NCBI RefSeq assembly: GCF_001194135.2
Contig: NC_068982.1
Coordinates: 180,037,665 to 180,085,419, forward strand
Source: Octopus bimaculoides
Taxonomy: Eukaryota
Direction: 5' to 3'
Length of the DNA: 47,755 nucleotides
Shown: positions 24,549-35,757 of the stretch, piece after piece
Position numbering within the stretch: position 1 is the first letter of the stretch
Layout of the letters: each line of letters opens with the position of its first letter
The notes under the pieces: generated by a model
Seen by the model: only the letters and a program-made list of their open reading frames with translations
Told to the model about the DNA's origin: nothing
Databases searched by the model: none
Program-made: the position numbers and the translations under genes

Positions 24549-24869
24549 TATGTATATGTGTGTGCCTTTGTGTTTGTGTTTATCATGCCGCATCGCTCTA
24601 CAGCTGATGTTGTTTTCCGTAGTGGTCTGACAAAGGAATGGGATAGAATAAGTCATAGACTTAAACGTTGTATTGTATCTATTATTGTACCCCATTCCTG
24701 TTTTAATGTTGATCGACAGAACTAAAGGGAAACAATTAAAGTAAATGGTTGAATGAAACAAATGTAAGGACGGCAAACAGTTTGAACCAGGTTTGACAAA
24801 TTCGAACAGAGATCAATATTTTACAGATTCTGATGAAATTGAGACAGTGTATGCGTGGTAGTGTTGCAG

Positions 24870-24995
24870 TTACTACTACTACTAGTAGTAGTAGTAGTAG
24901 TAGTAGTAGTAGCAGCAGCAGCAGCAGCTGTAGTAGTAATGGTAGTAGTAGTAGTAGTAGTAGTAGTAGCAGCAGCAGCAGCTGTAGTAGTAATG

Positions 24996-25031
<36 letters not shown>
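24870..25031. repeat. (AGT)n(AGC)n tract with a duplicated higher-order unit
   Basis: GCAGCTGTAGTAGTAATGGT occurs twice. Confidence 0.9.
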
Positions 25032-25317
25032 TCATCATATAGAGTCTCTAGATACTTCTATCAATCTCAACGACTGTTTTGCCTCTTCATTCTACCGGAA
25101 CTATTACGATCCAAGGAAATGGTTAACTGGTACTATTTTGAATATCTTCTGCAAGATATAGAATTGAACTCATAACCCAACAGATTTAGCAGCCTAGTTT
25201 ATTTTTGTATTTCTATCAAATTGGGAACGAAATTTCGTTTATAGAATTTTAATGGGCTTTCCCTTCCAGGGACAGACATAAGCAGATGGTTGAGACTGTA
25301 ATTTGGATGTTTGGAAC

Positions 25318-25411
25318 AGATAGATAGAGAGAGAGAAAGAAAGAAAGAGATAGAAAGATAGAGGGAGTGAGAGAGAGGAGAAATAGAGAGAGAGAGAGAG
25401 AGAGAGAGAAG

Positions 25412-25442
<31 letters not shown>

Positions 25443-25475
25443 AGAGAGAGAGAGAGAGAGACAGGGAGAGAGATA
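25318..25475. repeat. AG-rich microsatellite
   Basis: Direct reading. Confidence 0.9.
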
Positions 25476-26589
25476 GTAGGTAGGTTGGAGAAGAAATGAT
25501 TTAATAAGAATAAAGTAAACAGACAAAATCTAAATCCGTTTCCATCTTGTGAATGTCTTCTAACGTAAGAATCACGTGATGTAATTAAAAATATTTGAAA
25601 GAAGAATTTTCAGGTAAAAATATAGAAAAACACACGTTTGCACTCGAAACATACACAACTTCAGAGCCAGCTGCATAGAAAAACAAAAAAACAAAACAAA
25701 ACAAAACAAAAACAAACAAAATAAACAAACAAAAAACAAAAAAATAAAACGATTCGAGTGCTCGACATGTTTATTGTTACTACTACTACTACTACTGCTA
25801 CTACTACTACTACTACNNNNNNNNNNNNNNNNNNNNNNNNNNNNNNNNNNNNNNNNNNNNNNNNNNNNNNNNNNNNNNNNNNNNNNNNNNNNNNNNNNNN
25901 NNNNNNNNNNNNNNNNNNNNNNNNNNNNNNNNNNNNNNNNNNNNNNNNNNNNNNNNNNNNNNNNNNNNNNNNNNNNNNNNNNNNNNNNNNNNNNNNNNNN
26001 NNNNNNNNNNNNNNNNNNNNNNNNNNNNNNNNNNNNNNNNNNNNNNNNNNNNNNNNNNNNNNNNNNNNNNNNNNNNNNNNNNNNNNNNNNNNNNNNNNNN
26101 NNNNNNNNNNNNNNNNNNNNNNNNNNNNNNNNNNNNNNNNNNNNNNNNNNNNNNNNNNNNNNNNNNNNNNNNNNNNNNNNNNNNNNNNNNNNNNNNNNNN
26201 NNNNNNNNNNNNNNNNNNNNNNNNNNNNNNNNNNNNNNNNNNNNNNNNNNNNNNNNNNNNNNNNNNNNNNNNNNNNNNNNNNNNNNNNNNNNNNNNNNNN
26301 NNNNNNNNNNNNNNNNNNNNNNNNNNNNNNNNNNNNNNNNNNNNNNNNNNNNNNNNNNNNNNNNNNNNNNNNNNNNNNNNNNNNNNNNNNNNNNNNNNNN
26401 NNNNNNNNNNNNNNNNNNNNNNNNNNNNNNNNNNNNNNNNNNNNNNNNNNNNNNNNNNNNNNNNNNNNNNNNNNNNNNNNNNNNNNNNNNNNNNNNNNNN
26501 NNNNNNNNNNNNNNNNNNNNNNNNNNNNNNNNNNNNNNNNNNNNNNNNNNNNNNNNNNNNNNNNNNNNNNNNNNNNNNNNNNNNNNNNN

Positions 26590-27063
26590 GGGTTTCTTTC
26601 AGTTTCCGTCTACCAAATCCGCTCACAAGGCTTTGGTCGGCTCAAAACTATAGTAGCCTTGTGAGTGGATTTGGTAGACGGAAACTGAAAGAAGCCCGTC
26701 GTATATATATATATATATATGTATGTGTGTATTTATGTGTGTGTGCGTGTGTGTTTGTGTGTCTGTGTCTGTCCCGCCACCTAGCTTCACAACCGATATT
26801 GGTGTGTTTACGTCCCCATAACTTAGCGGTTTGGCAAAAGTGACCAATAGAATAAGTACTAGGCTTACAAAGAATAAGTGCTGGGGGTGGTTTTTTTTCG
26901 ACTAAAGGCGGTACTCCAGCATGTCCGCAGTCAAATAACTGAACAAAGTAAAAGAATAAAAGAACATAGTAGAAGACATTTGCCCAAAGTGCCGTGCAGT
27001 GAGACTGAACCCGGGACCATGTTGTTGGGAAGCAAGCTTCTTACCACACAGCCACACCTGCAT
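26590..27063 (-). mobile_element. SINE family B (host copy), interrupted by a nested antisense copy
   Basis: Head at 27000-27063 (minus GCAGGTGTGGCTGTGTGGTAAGAAGCTTGCTTCCC). The body resumes at 26590-26656. Confidence 0.9.
26657..26965 (+). mobile_element. 5'-truncated SINE family B with internal (TA)(TG) microsatellite and 7-bp TSD
   Basis: ATAGTAG is duplicated at 26650-26656 and 26966-26972. Confidence 0.9.
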
Positions 27064-27286
27064 CTGTACTACGACGTAGTGTATTACTTACCCAGGACCT
27101 TCCTGACTGGCAAGAGGAAGTTAACCTCAAATACATGCAATACCGTGTACTTTAGGCTCACTAGAAACACTCATAAAGCATGTAGTGGTGATAGACCGGG
27201 TGGAGGGTTAAGTCTGCCGCCGAACAAGAGGAACGATCAATTCGATGGTTTCAATTCAGTTTTTATCCAACGTATTCCAATCATAA

Positions 27287-27543
27287 AAAGGTGAAGTTCC
27301 TTCTCGAGTCATGTAGACCCATAAGGGCCTGTTTTTCGGTTTCCATGGCGTATATATCCCTCACCTGATTGGGACGCCGGTCCGTTGTAGAATGACTCAT
27401 TTTTGCCAGTTGAGAGAAACTGAAGTAACGCGAAAAAAAAGTGTTTTGTTTAAGAACACAACGCGTCGCTCGCTTCAAGGATCGAAACCACAAGCTCACG
27501 ATCATGAATTCAACATCCTAACCACTAATCCATGCGCCTCCAC
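27287..27543 (-). mobile_element. SINE family C (second tail type) with 13-bp TSD
   Basis: ATTCCAATCATAA at 27274-27286 and 27544-27556. tRNA-like head plus CORE-like body. Confidence 0.9.
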
Positions 27544-28132
27544 ATTCCAATCATAAGGTACTGGTTAACTCGAGTTTGAGGATGAAGAGACTTGCCTAAG
27601 CTACTGTATAGCAGGATTCTACTCGAAACTAAGTAGCGGCGAAACGAACATAAAACAAAATATTAATGGTTACACATTTTTACGTTTTGGCCTAGAGAGA
27701 AAGGGTTGTGTTAATGGCGTTTGTTGCTCCTCTATATGCTGCGTGGGTATGTAGTTGATATTCTGTTTAAACTCCGGCAAGCCGATGCCGTTGCTCTTTA
27801 ATCGCAGGTCACTCCTGAACCATCATGTCAATAATCAAAGAAGATCTTGTCAAACTAGTTCTGTCTTTTATTCTGATAATACTTATCTAATATATCCTTA
27901 CCTTTTTTTAAGGCGGAAAGGCGTGATTTAAAGTGTGTTTTGGTTGCTATTTTCAACAAGTCGAGTGAACACGTTATAGTTCCTTGTCTGGCTGAACTTC
28001 TGTCAAGGGAAACAGGAGCAGAAGGTGGTAATTGGGTTAAAGATTTGAAGGGACTATTTTGGTATTGAGTATTGGTTCTACTAATGAAGATAACAAATGA
28101 AGAGAGGTTTTCTAGTTAAGTAGTGGGGGTAT

Positions 28133-28182
28133 ACGTTGTAGCTACGTAGAAACGTTGTAGCTACGTAGAAACGTTGTAGCTA
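28133..28182. repeat. 19-bp tandem repeat (ACGTTGTAGCTACGTAGAA, 2.6 copies)
   Basis: Exact units at 28133 and 28152, partial unit at 28171. Confidence 0.95.
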
Positions 28183-28289
28183 TCTAGTAAGAAAATAGAA
28201 GCTGTGATTGTAGTGTTCACTGATTTGATAATCATTCGTAGCTTTATAGATTTAATAATTCGAGTGAGAATAAGATCTACCATATTTTT

Positions 28290-28400
28290 TCTTCATGTAA
28301 TTCGAGAGAAAGCACTTGACAGCCATCATTTAGATAAAGATAAAGCTGGAAGACAGAAACACAATCTTAATCGTGAAAACAGTAAAATAGGATATCATGG
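28290..28400 (+). mobile_element. Possible second Penelope-like endonuclease C-terminal remnant
   Basis: HVIREKALDSHHLDKDKAGRQKHNLNRE loosely resembles the IREA...NLNRD end of PLE GIY-YIG domains. Confidence 0.3.
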
Positions 28401-28525
28401 AGGTTATTAGAATGATAAAGTGGGAGTTTGTTAGAGAGATGAAGGAATTCTAAACATTTCTATATTTAAGAGATGAGGAATTATGTACCTTATTTACATG
28501 ATATTTACAGTTAACGGATATTTGT

Positions 28526-28570
28526 CCTCAACGTTTCGGCTGATATAACCTCCAGCCTTCATCAGGTGTC
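28526..28570 (-). ncRNA. Minimal type I hammerhead ribozyme motif (core intact, stem I damaged)
   Basis: Minus strand GACAC-CTGATGA-A-GGCTG-gaggttatat-CAGCC-GAAA-CGTT-GAGG: 5-bp stem II and palindromic AACGTT stem III. Confidence 0.75.
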
Positions 28571-28693
28571 TTGGGGAAATTTTGAAGGTATTTTTCGATG
28601 TTATTGTTGTTATTATTATTCTTCAGGTCACTGCCTGCGTTCTTAACCACTACGCCATATGTCCGTGGGTAATTATGGAGTGGATTTTAGGGC

Positions 28694-29024
28694 TTATAAA
28701 TCTAATATTCTTCTATCCTTCCTTAATACCTGTTCCCATATGCTACTCATATCTGCACTGGGTCTGCTTAGGAGGTTGTTGTGTCCTAGAATATGTGCTG
28801 CTTCTTTTAGTTTTCGTATTTTCCAGTGGTGTTCTCTCTATTATTTTAGCTTCATCTCACAGGGGGAGGTGGTCTCCATTTTACCATACATGATCAGCTA
28901 TACCCGATTTATCAATATCTCCTCGTGTCACAGCTTTGCGATGTTCCTCTACACTTATTGTGACAGGGCGGCAAGTTTCGCCTTTGTATAACCTACCATA
29001 GCTGCATGGGATGGAGTACACGCA
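28694..29024 (-). pseudogene. Penelope-type GIY-YIG endonuclease domain (2 stops, 1 frameshift)
   Basis: CVYSIPCSYGRLYKGETCRPVTISVEEHRKAVTRGDIDKSGIADHVW*NGDHLPL*DEAKII/EHHWKIRKLKEAAHILGHNNLLSRPSADMSSIWEQVLRK. Confidence 0.88.
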
Positions 29025-29671
29025 GGACAACATTTAATACTTTAGCGGATGCTGAACCGGAAGTCCTATTTGACTAACAGGAAGTTTGTACTTCAACGCA
29101 AAAAATTTATGTCTTCATTAATGCTCCTTAAATAACCTCGAATAGTAAAAATAATAGAAAGAACCATCATGCTACTGTAACAAATTTTCCTTCATAGATT
29201 GAAGCGTGCAATCCAAATAAAAGCACTGCTGGAGTTGATGAATGACACTATAATATATGTGACACGTGACCCAGGAAGTACTGATGTAGTTAATAGCAAC
29301 ACTGCAAACGATTTCTAAAATATATCTGATGAACATATTCGAAATTCTTGACTATTGAGGTAGCTGTTTATATATTTATGCAAGTTTTGCTTCTATAATA
29401 GTAATATATTATCTGTTTCTTAGGTTATTCGCATGTATTTTGCTGGCATCTGCAAAGTTAGATATGGTATTTATATATTAATAATTTTAAGAAAATCTTG
29501 CATTAATAATATATAAAATAGATGGCTTAAATATACAGGTGCTTATTGATAAAATAATTAGTACGGCTTAATGATGACTTAATGCGTACGTTCATAGTTC
29601 CCTTATGTGTGCGTATGTGTGTGCGTGTGGTGCGTGTGGTGTGTGTGTACAATTATACATACATACATACA

Positions 29672-29725
<54 letters not shown>

Positions 29726-30332
29726 NNNNNNNNNNNNNNNNNNNNNNNNNNNNNNNNNNNNNNNNNNNNNNNNNNNNNNNNNNNNNNNNNNNNNNNNNNN
29801 NNNNNNNNNNNNNNNNNNNNNNNNNNNNNNNNNNNNNNNNNNNNNNNNNNNNNNNNNNNNNNNNNNNNNNNNNNNNNNNNNNNNNNNNNNNNNNNNNNNN
29901 NNNNNNNNNNNNNNNNNNNNNNNNNNNNNNNNNNNNNNNNNNNNNNNNNNNNNNNNNNNNNNNNNNNNNNNNNNNNNNNNNNNNNNNNNNNNNNNNNNNN
30001 NNNNNNNNNNNNNNNNNNNNNNNNNNNNNNNNNNNNNNNNNNNNNNNNNNNNNNNNNNNNNNNNNNNNNNNNNNNNNNNNNNNNNNNNNNNNNNNNNNNN
30101 NNNNNNNNNNNNNNNNNNNNNNNNNNNNNNNNNNNNNNNNNNNNNNNNNNNNNNNNNNNNNNNNNNNNNNNNNNNNNNNNNNNNNNNNNNNNNNNNNNNN
30201 NNNNNNNNNNNNNNNNNNNNNNNNNNNNNNNNNNNNNNNNNNNNNNNNNNNNNNNNNNNNNNNNNNNNNNNNNNNNNNNNNNNNNNNNNNNNNNNNNNNN
30301 NNNNNNNATATATATATATACATATATATATA

Positions 30333-31335
30333 TACAGGGGTTGGACAAAATAATGGAAACACATAGCATCATAGTATCATAATTTTGAAATATCTATAAA
30401 ACTGTCAAAAGCTTGTTTATTTTTGTTTTTGATTTATTATTAGTGTTGCTTAATATGCTTTGCTAAAATGGGTGTTTCTTCTCAGATATCATCAGAAAAA
30501 AAAGCTAATTAAAATTCATTAAAATGACAGATCTATCGGACTTTCAAAGAAGTCAAATTGTTGGTGCTCGTATGGCAGGCGCTTGCATAACGAAAACAGT
30601 CGAAATGTTTGGCGTATCAAGAAGTACTGTATCGAAAGTAATGACAGCCTTTGAGAAAGAGAGAAAAACCACATCGTCTAAACAAGACTCCGGAAGAAAA
30701 CCAAAACTTTCAGGTTGGGACTGTCGGACTCTTAGAAAGGATCACAAAAGTACAGCTCCCAAAATTACTGCAGAGCTTAATCATCACCTTGAGAATCCAG
30801 TTTCCACAAAAGCTGTTCACCGGGGGTGTACAAAGCCGGATTTCACGAGAGGGCCCCAATCAGAAAACCACTACTTTCAAAAACAAACGTTGCAATGCGT
30901 TTAGAGTGGAGTAAAAACCTACTGAATTGGTCCCTAGAGCAGTGGAAGAATGTTATTTTCTCGGATGAGTCATCCTTTACCTTATTTCCGACTACCAGCC
31001 GAGTATACGTGTGGAGACAGCCAAAAAAAAACATTTGACCCAGACTGCCTTCTTGCAACTGTTAAACATGGAGGAGTATCTGTGATGATCTGTGATGATC
31101 TGTGTGTGTGTGGGGGTGTATATCTTGGAAATCCGCCGGTCCAATGGTTTCCTCTTCATGGCAGAATTAATAATCAAGACTATTTAAGCATTTTATCTGA
31201 TCAAATTCATCCTATGTTTGCGGAACTGTTTCCGGAGGGAAACGCTATCTTTCAGGATGATAATGCACCAATTCCCACAGCTAAAGTTGTTACTGAATAG
31301 CACAAAGAACATTGCAGTGAACTTGAACATTTTAT
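30333..31335 (+). mobile_element. Tc1-family DNA transposon (left TIR plus frameshifted transposase; right end in gap)
   Basis: TA-CAGGGGTTGGACAAAATAATGGAAAC TIR. ORF from 30524: MTDLSDFQRSQIVGARMAG (HTH), SGRKPKL, RKPLLSK, WKNVIFSDES, KHGGVSVMI, FQDDNAP. Confidence 0.93.
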
Positions 31336-32260
31336 NNNNNNNNNNNNNNNNNNNNNNNNNNNNNNNNNNNNNNNNNNNNNNNNNNNNNNNNNNNNNNNNN
31401 NNNNNNNNNNNNNNNNNNNNNNNNNNNNNNNNNNNNNNNNNNNNNNNNNNNNNNNNNNNNNNNNNNNNNNNNNNNNNNNNNNNNNNNNNNNNNNNNNNNN
31501 NNNNNNNNNNNNNNNNNNNNNNNNNNNNNNNNNNNNNNNNNNNNNNNNNNNNNNNNNNNNNNNNNNNNNNNNNNNNNNNNNNNNNNNNNNNNNNNNNNNN
31601 NNNNNNNNNNNNNNNNNNNNNNNNNNNNNNNNNNNNNNNNNNNNNNNNNNNNNNNNNNNNNNNNNNNNNNNNNNNNNNNNNNNNNNNNNNNNNNNNNNNN
31701 NNNNNNNNNNNNNNNNNNNNNNNNNNNNNNNNNNNNNNNNNNNNNNNNNNNNNNNNNNNNNNNNNNNNNNNNNNNNNNNNNNNNNNNNNNNNNNNNNNNN
31801 NNNNNNNNNNNNNNNNNNNNNNNNNNNNNNNNNNNNNNNNNNNNNNNNNNNNNNNNNNNNNNNNNNNNNNNNNNNNNNNNNNNNNNNNNNNNNNNNNNNN
31901 NNNNNNNNNNNNNNNNNNNNNNNNNNNNNNNNNNNNNNNNNNNNNNNNNNNNNNNNNNNNNNNNNNNNNNNNNNNNNNNNNNNNNNNNNNNNNNNNNNNN
32001 NNNNNNNNNNNNNNNNNNNNNNNNNNNNNNNNNNNNNNNNNNNNNNNNNNNNNNNNNNNNNNNNNNNNNNNNNNNNNNNNNNNNNNNNNNNNNNNNNNNN
32101 NNNNNNNNNNNNNNNNNNNNNNNNNNNNNNNNNNNNNNNNNNNNNNNNNNNNNNNNNNNNNNNNNNNNNNNNNNNNNNNNNNNNNNNNNNNNNNNNNNNN
32201 NNNNNNATATATTTACATATATACATCTATATATGCTTTTATATATGTATATATGTATGT

Positions 32261-32313
<53 letters not shown>

Positions 32314-33216
32314 TATTTATATATATGTATGTAAATGCATGCATACATACACAGTCAAGAGCACATTTATATATATTGTAAATGGTGGCAGTTTTACTTC
32401 GATTTTTTTTCTGGCACTAGCTAAATATACGGCGACTATTCATAATAAATAATATTTCGATTTACCACAAGCAACAGTTGAGTTCTTTATTCAGTGCATG
32501 TTCAGTGTATTAAAATACACAGGCCTATAGAACTAGTGAATCATGCACACATACAGATATGTACGTCCGATATACGCTACAATATATCTATATGTTTGTA
32601 TGTATAAGTATGTAGATGCATTATAGCTGTAGTTTCTCAACCTACATCCTCTGTAACACTGGTTTGAATCAGAATATTGACATTTTGGACAGAATCCTAA
32701 TTATTGTTATCTGGACTCGAGTGAACCTGTTGTAAATGTGAGAAGTTTCCAGGTCTCGACGGATTGCAACATCCAACTTTGTTTATACAGAACACATCAA
32801 AATAGAAACGAACCTCTTACCGAACTACATCATAAATTCTCATCTAGGCATGAAGCTACTACATTTAAAAGAGAAAAATCGTGACATGTTGACATGTATA
32901 TTGTTGCAAGGTGTATAGCAGTAATTTTATTATTTTCGTTGGGAAACTTCATAATAAAGTTTTAGTTTTTGATCATTATAAAGAACATTTTCACTGAATA
33001 AGACGATGTAGTGAATTGTAAAGAAATCACTGTACAGAACAAGTATTGCAGTGATCTCCTGGTTTTGGTGAACAATAAAATACTATCATATTATTAACTA
33101 CGTACACATTCGCACATGTATGTGTGCACACAAATACATGAGCATATCTTTATATATATGTATGTGTGTGTGTGTGCGTCAATATGTTTATAAATATGAT
33201 ATATATAGATTTTGTT

Positions 33217-33423
33217 TTCAATATGTGACCGTGTGTGTATCGTTGGCGATTTTCTTTCTTCGTCTTCCCTTCTTTGGACTTTTTCTGTATTTCTGATGAA
33301 GAGCTCCGCTCAAAACGTGAAATCCTCTTTCTTTTCTTTCCTTTCCTGAGCGTCCAATAACACTGTATTTATTCCACGTCCTCGCGTTGTTGTTGTTTCT
33401 TGCTTGTTCATGTTTGGATTGAT
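33217..33423 (+). mobile_element. Penelope-like terminal repeat remnant
   Basis: Contains a degenerate hammerhead core (33289-33323) and ends in a (TA)n run. Confidence 0.6.
33289..33323 (+). ncRNA. Degenerate minimal hammerhead motif (probably inactive)
   Basis: ATTT-CTGATGA-A-GAGC-tcc-GCTC-AAAA-CGT-G-AAAT. Stems I, II and the ACGT palindrome are present, but G12>A and the cleavage-site base is G. Confidence 0.6.
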
Positions 33424-33457
<34 letters not shown>

Positions 33458-33460
33458 TAC

Positions 33461-33487
33461 GACGGGCTTCTTTCAGTTTCCGTCTAC
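33461..33487 (-). mobile_element. SINE family B fragment at a gap edge
   Basis: GACGGGCTTCTTTCAGTTTCCGTCTAC is the exact reverse complement of the family B linker. Confidence 0.8.
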
Positions 33488-34556
33488 NNNNNNNNNNNNN
33501 NNNNNNNNNNNNNNNNNNNNNNNNNNNNNNNNNNNNNNNNNNNNNNNNNNNNNNNNNNNNNNNNNNNNNNNNNNNNNNNNNNNNNNNNNNNNNNNNNNNN
33601 NNNNNNNNNNNNNNNNNNNNNNNNNNNNNNNNNNNNNNNNNNNNNNNNNNNNNNNNNNNNNNNNNNNNNNNNNNNNNNNNNNNNNNNNNNNNNNNNNNNN
33701 NNNNNNNNNNNNNNNNNNNNNNNNNNNNNNNNNNNNNNNNNNNNNNNNNNNNNNNNNNNNNNNNNNNNNNNNNNNNNNNNNNNNNNNNNNNNNNNNNNNN
33801 NNNNNNNNNNNNNNNNNNNNNNNNNNNNNNNNNNNNNNNNNNNNNNNNNNNNNNNNNNNNNNNNNNNNNNNNNNNNNNNNNNNNNNATATATATATATAT
33901 ATATATATATATACATGAAATGTTTTCTTAACTGCTTTCTATGTTAGAACGAATATTCCGACTAGCATAGAATGTTTGGGAGTGTCCGCCTCTAAGGAAG
34001 AGAAATCAGGCCAAAAAACCGGTGGCTGAGGATCCGCTCATGTAATTCTGAGCGAGTTCTGTATTTTCAAGCTGTCTCAGTTCTACGTTTGCTTATACAT
34101 TAAAAATGTTAAAGAGAGCGGCTCATAATGCTATTTAAACACCACAAAATGAGTTTCGCTGTAATGAAATTCTTTAAATAAAAAATTTTAGTATCATAAC
34201 ACAAAATTGAAAACCCAGTTGCTAATATTTCTCACTATAACGTAAAAGGATTTTTTTTTCAAATAGCAGAACTGTAAATACAGATACACAAGACTACATA
34301 GAATATCAACTGAAGCACAGGAAGCAAGACTACTTACATGCAGCAGCATCAAAGGAATATGGTAAATACAAAGTGTTTCGGTTGTCATTTGCTTCTATCT
34401 TTTACATAAAAGACTAAAACGGATGTTTTGCAAGCTCCACTACAATTCACTCTGATTCACTTTGTTCTTTTGCATATGCATATACACAAACTTCAAAGTT
34501 CACGCCAATAAAGAACCAGAAATTACTGTATTTATTAATTTATTAAATATTTGTAA

Positions 34557-34768
34557 AGCAGCGAGTTGTCGGAATCGTTAGTACGTCGGGTAAAATGTTT
34601 AGCGGAATTTCGTCAGTTTTGATGTCCTGGTTTCAGATTCCTCCGATGTCGACTTTGCTTTTCATCCTTTCGGTGTCGTTAAAATAACTATCAGTTGAAC
34701 GCTGATATCGATGTAATCGACTTATTCCCGTCCTCGAAATTGTTGGCCTTGTGCCAAAATTTGATGTC
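34557..34768 (+). mobile_element. Full-length SINE family A with perfect 20-bp TSD
   Basis: AATTTATTAAATATTTGTAA at 34537-34556 and 34769-34788. Confidence 0.93.
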
Positions 34769-34860
34769 AATTTATTAAATATTTGTAAGAACGAAAAGGC
34801 TTCCAGCTGACAGTCACGTGTTTTTATGAAATTATTTTTTCTGCCTTAGTAAGAATCGAG

Positions 34861-35068
34861 TGGAAGCGCAATGGCCCAGTGGTTAGGGCAGCGGACTCAC
34901 GGTCATAGAATCGTGGTTTCGATTCCCAGACCGGGCGTTGTGAGTGTTTATTGAGCGAAAAGACCTAAAGCTCCACGAGGCTCCCGCAGGGGATACTGGC
35001 GAACCCTGATGTACTCTTTCACCACAACTTTCTCTCACTTTTACTTCCTGTTTCTGTTGTGCCTGTAA
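34861..35068 (+). mobile_element. tRNA-derived SINE family G (runs into gap)
   Basis: TGGCCCAGTGGTTAGGGCAGCGGACTC (A box) and GGTTTCGATTCCC (B box), then a non-tRNA body. Confidence 0.8.
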
Positions 35069-35757
35069 NNNNNNNNNNNNNNNNNNNNNNNNNNNNNNNN
35101 NNNNNNNNNNNNNNNNNNNNNNNNNNNNNNNNNNNNNNNNNNNNNNNNNNNNNNNNNNNNNNNNNNNNNNNNNNNNNNNNNNNNNNNNNNNNNNNNNNNN
35201 NNNNNNNNNNNNNNNNNNNNNNNNNNNNNNNNNNNNNNNNNNNNNNNNNNNNNNNNNNNNNNNNNNNNNNNNNNNNNNNNNNNNNNNNNNNNNNNNNNNN
35301 NNNNNNNNNNNNNNNNNNNNNNNNNNNNNNNNNNNNNNNNNNNNNNNNNNNNNNNNNNNNNNNNNNNNNNNNNNNNNNNNNNNNNNNNNNNNNNNNNNNN
35401 NNNNNNNNNNNNNNNNNNNNNNNNNNNNNNNNNNNNNNNNNNNNNNNNNNNNNNNNNNNNNNNNNNNNNNNNNNNNNNNNNNNNNNNNNNNNNNNNNNNN
35501 NNNNNNNNNNNNNNNNNNNNNNNNNNNNNNNNNNNNNNNNNNNNNNNNNNNNNNNNNNNNNNNNNNNNNNNNNNNNNNNNNNNNNNNNNNNNNNNNNNNN
35601 NNNNNNNNNNNNNNNNNNNNNNNNNNNNNNNNNNNNNNNNNNNNNNNNNNNNNNNNNNNNNNNNNNNNNNNNNNNNNNNNNNNNNNNNNNNNNNNNNNNN
35701 NNNNNNNNNNNNNNNNNNNNNNNNNNNNNNNNNNNNNNNNNNNNNNNNNNNNNNNNA

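Larger units (their letters stand above)
28466..29045 (-). mobile_element. Penelope-like element 3' portion (GIY-YIG plus terminal repeat with hammerhead motif)
   Basis: The endonuclease remnant and a hammerhead core lie on the same strand in the expected order. Confidence 0.85.

Noticed and set aside
25640-25761. 9-bp inverted repeat GCACTCGAA/TTCGAGTGC around an (AAAAC)n tract
   Set aside because: Too short to exceed chance in 48 kb, and there is no TSD.
28133-28182. CRISPR-like direct repeats
   Set aside because: The units are contiguous with no spacers, in a eukaryotic context with no cas genes.
28582-28991. Two hydrophobic plus-strand ORFs (103 and 110 aa)
   Set aside because: Antisense shadows of the Penelope GIY-YIG region.
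29057-29279. Cluster of three ETS-like (C/A)GGAAGT motifs
   Set aside because: Short motifs expected by chance, with no linked promoter evidence.
32640-33070. Possible additional Penelope endonuclease/terminal-repeat remnant
   Set aside because: No diagnostic motif could be read in any frame.
34861-34935. tRNA gene (also considered at 4205-4279 and 42069-42140)
   Set aside because: A and B boxes are present, but there is no complete acceptor stem and the sequence continues into SINE bodies.
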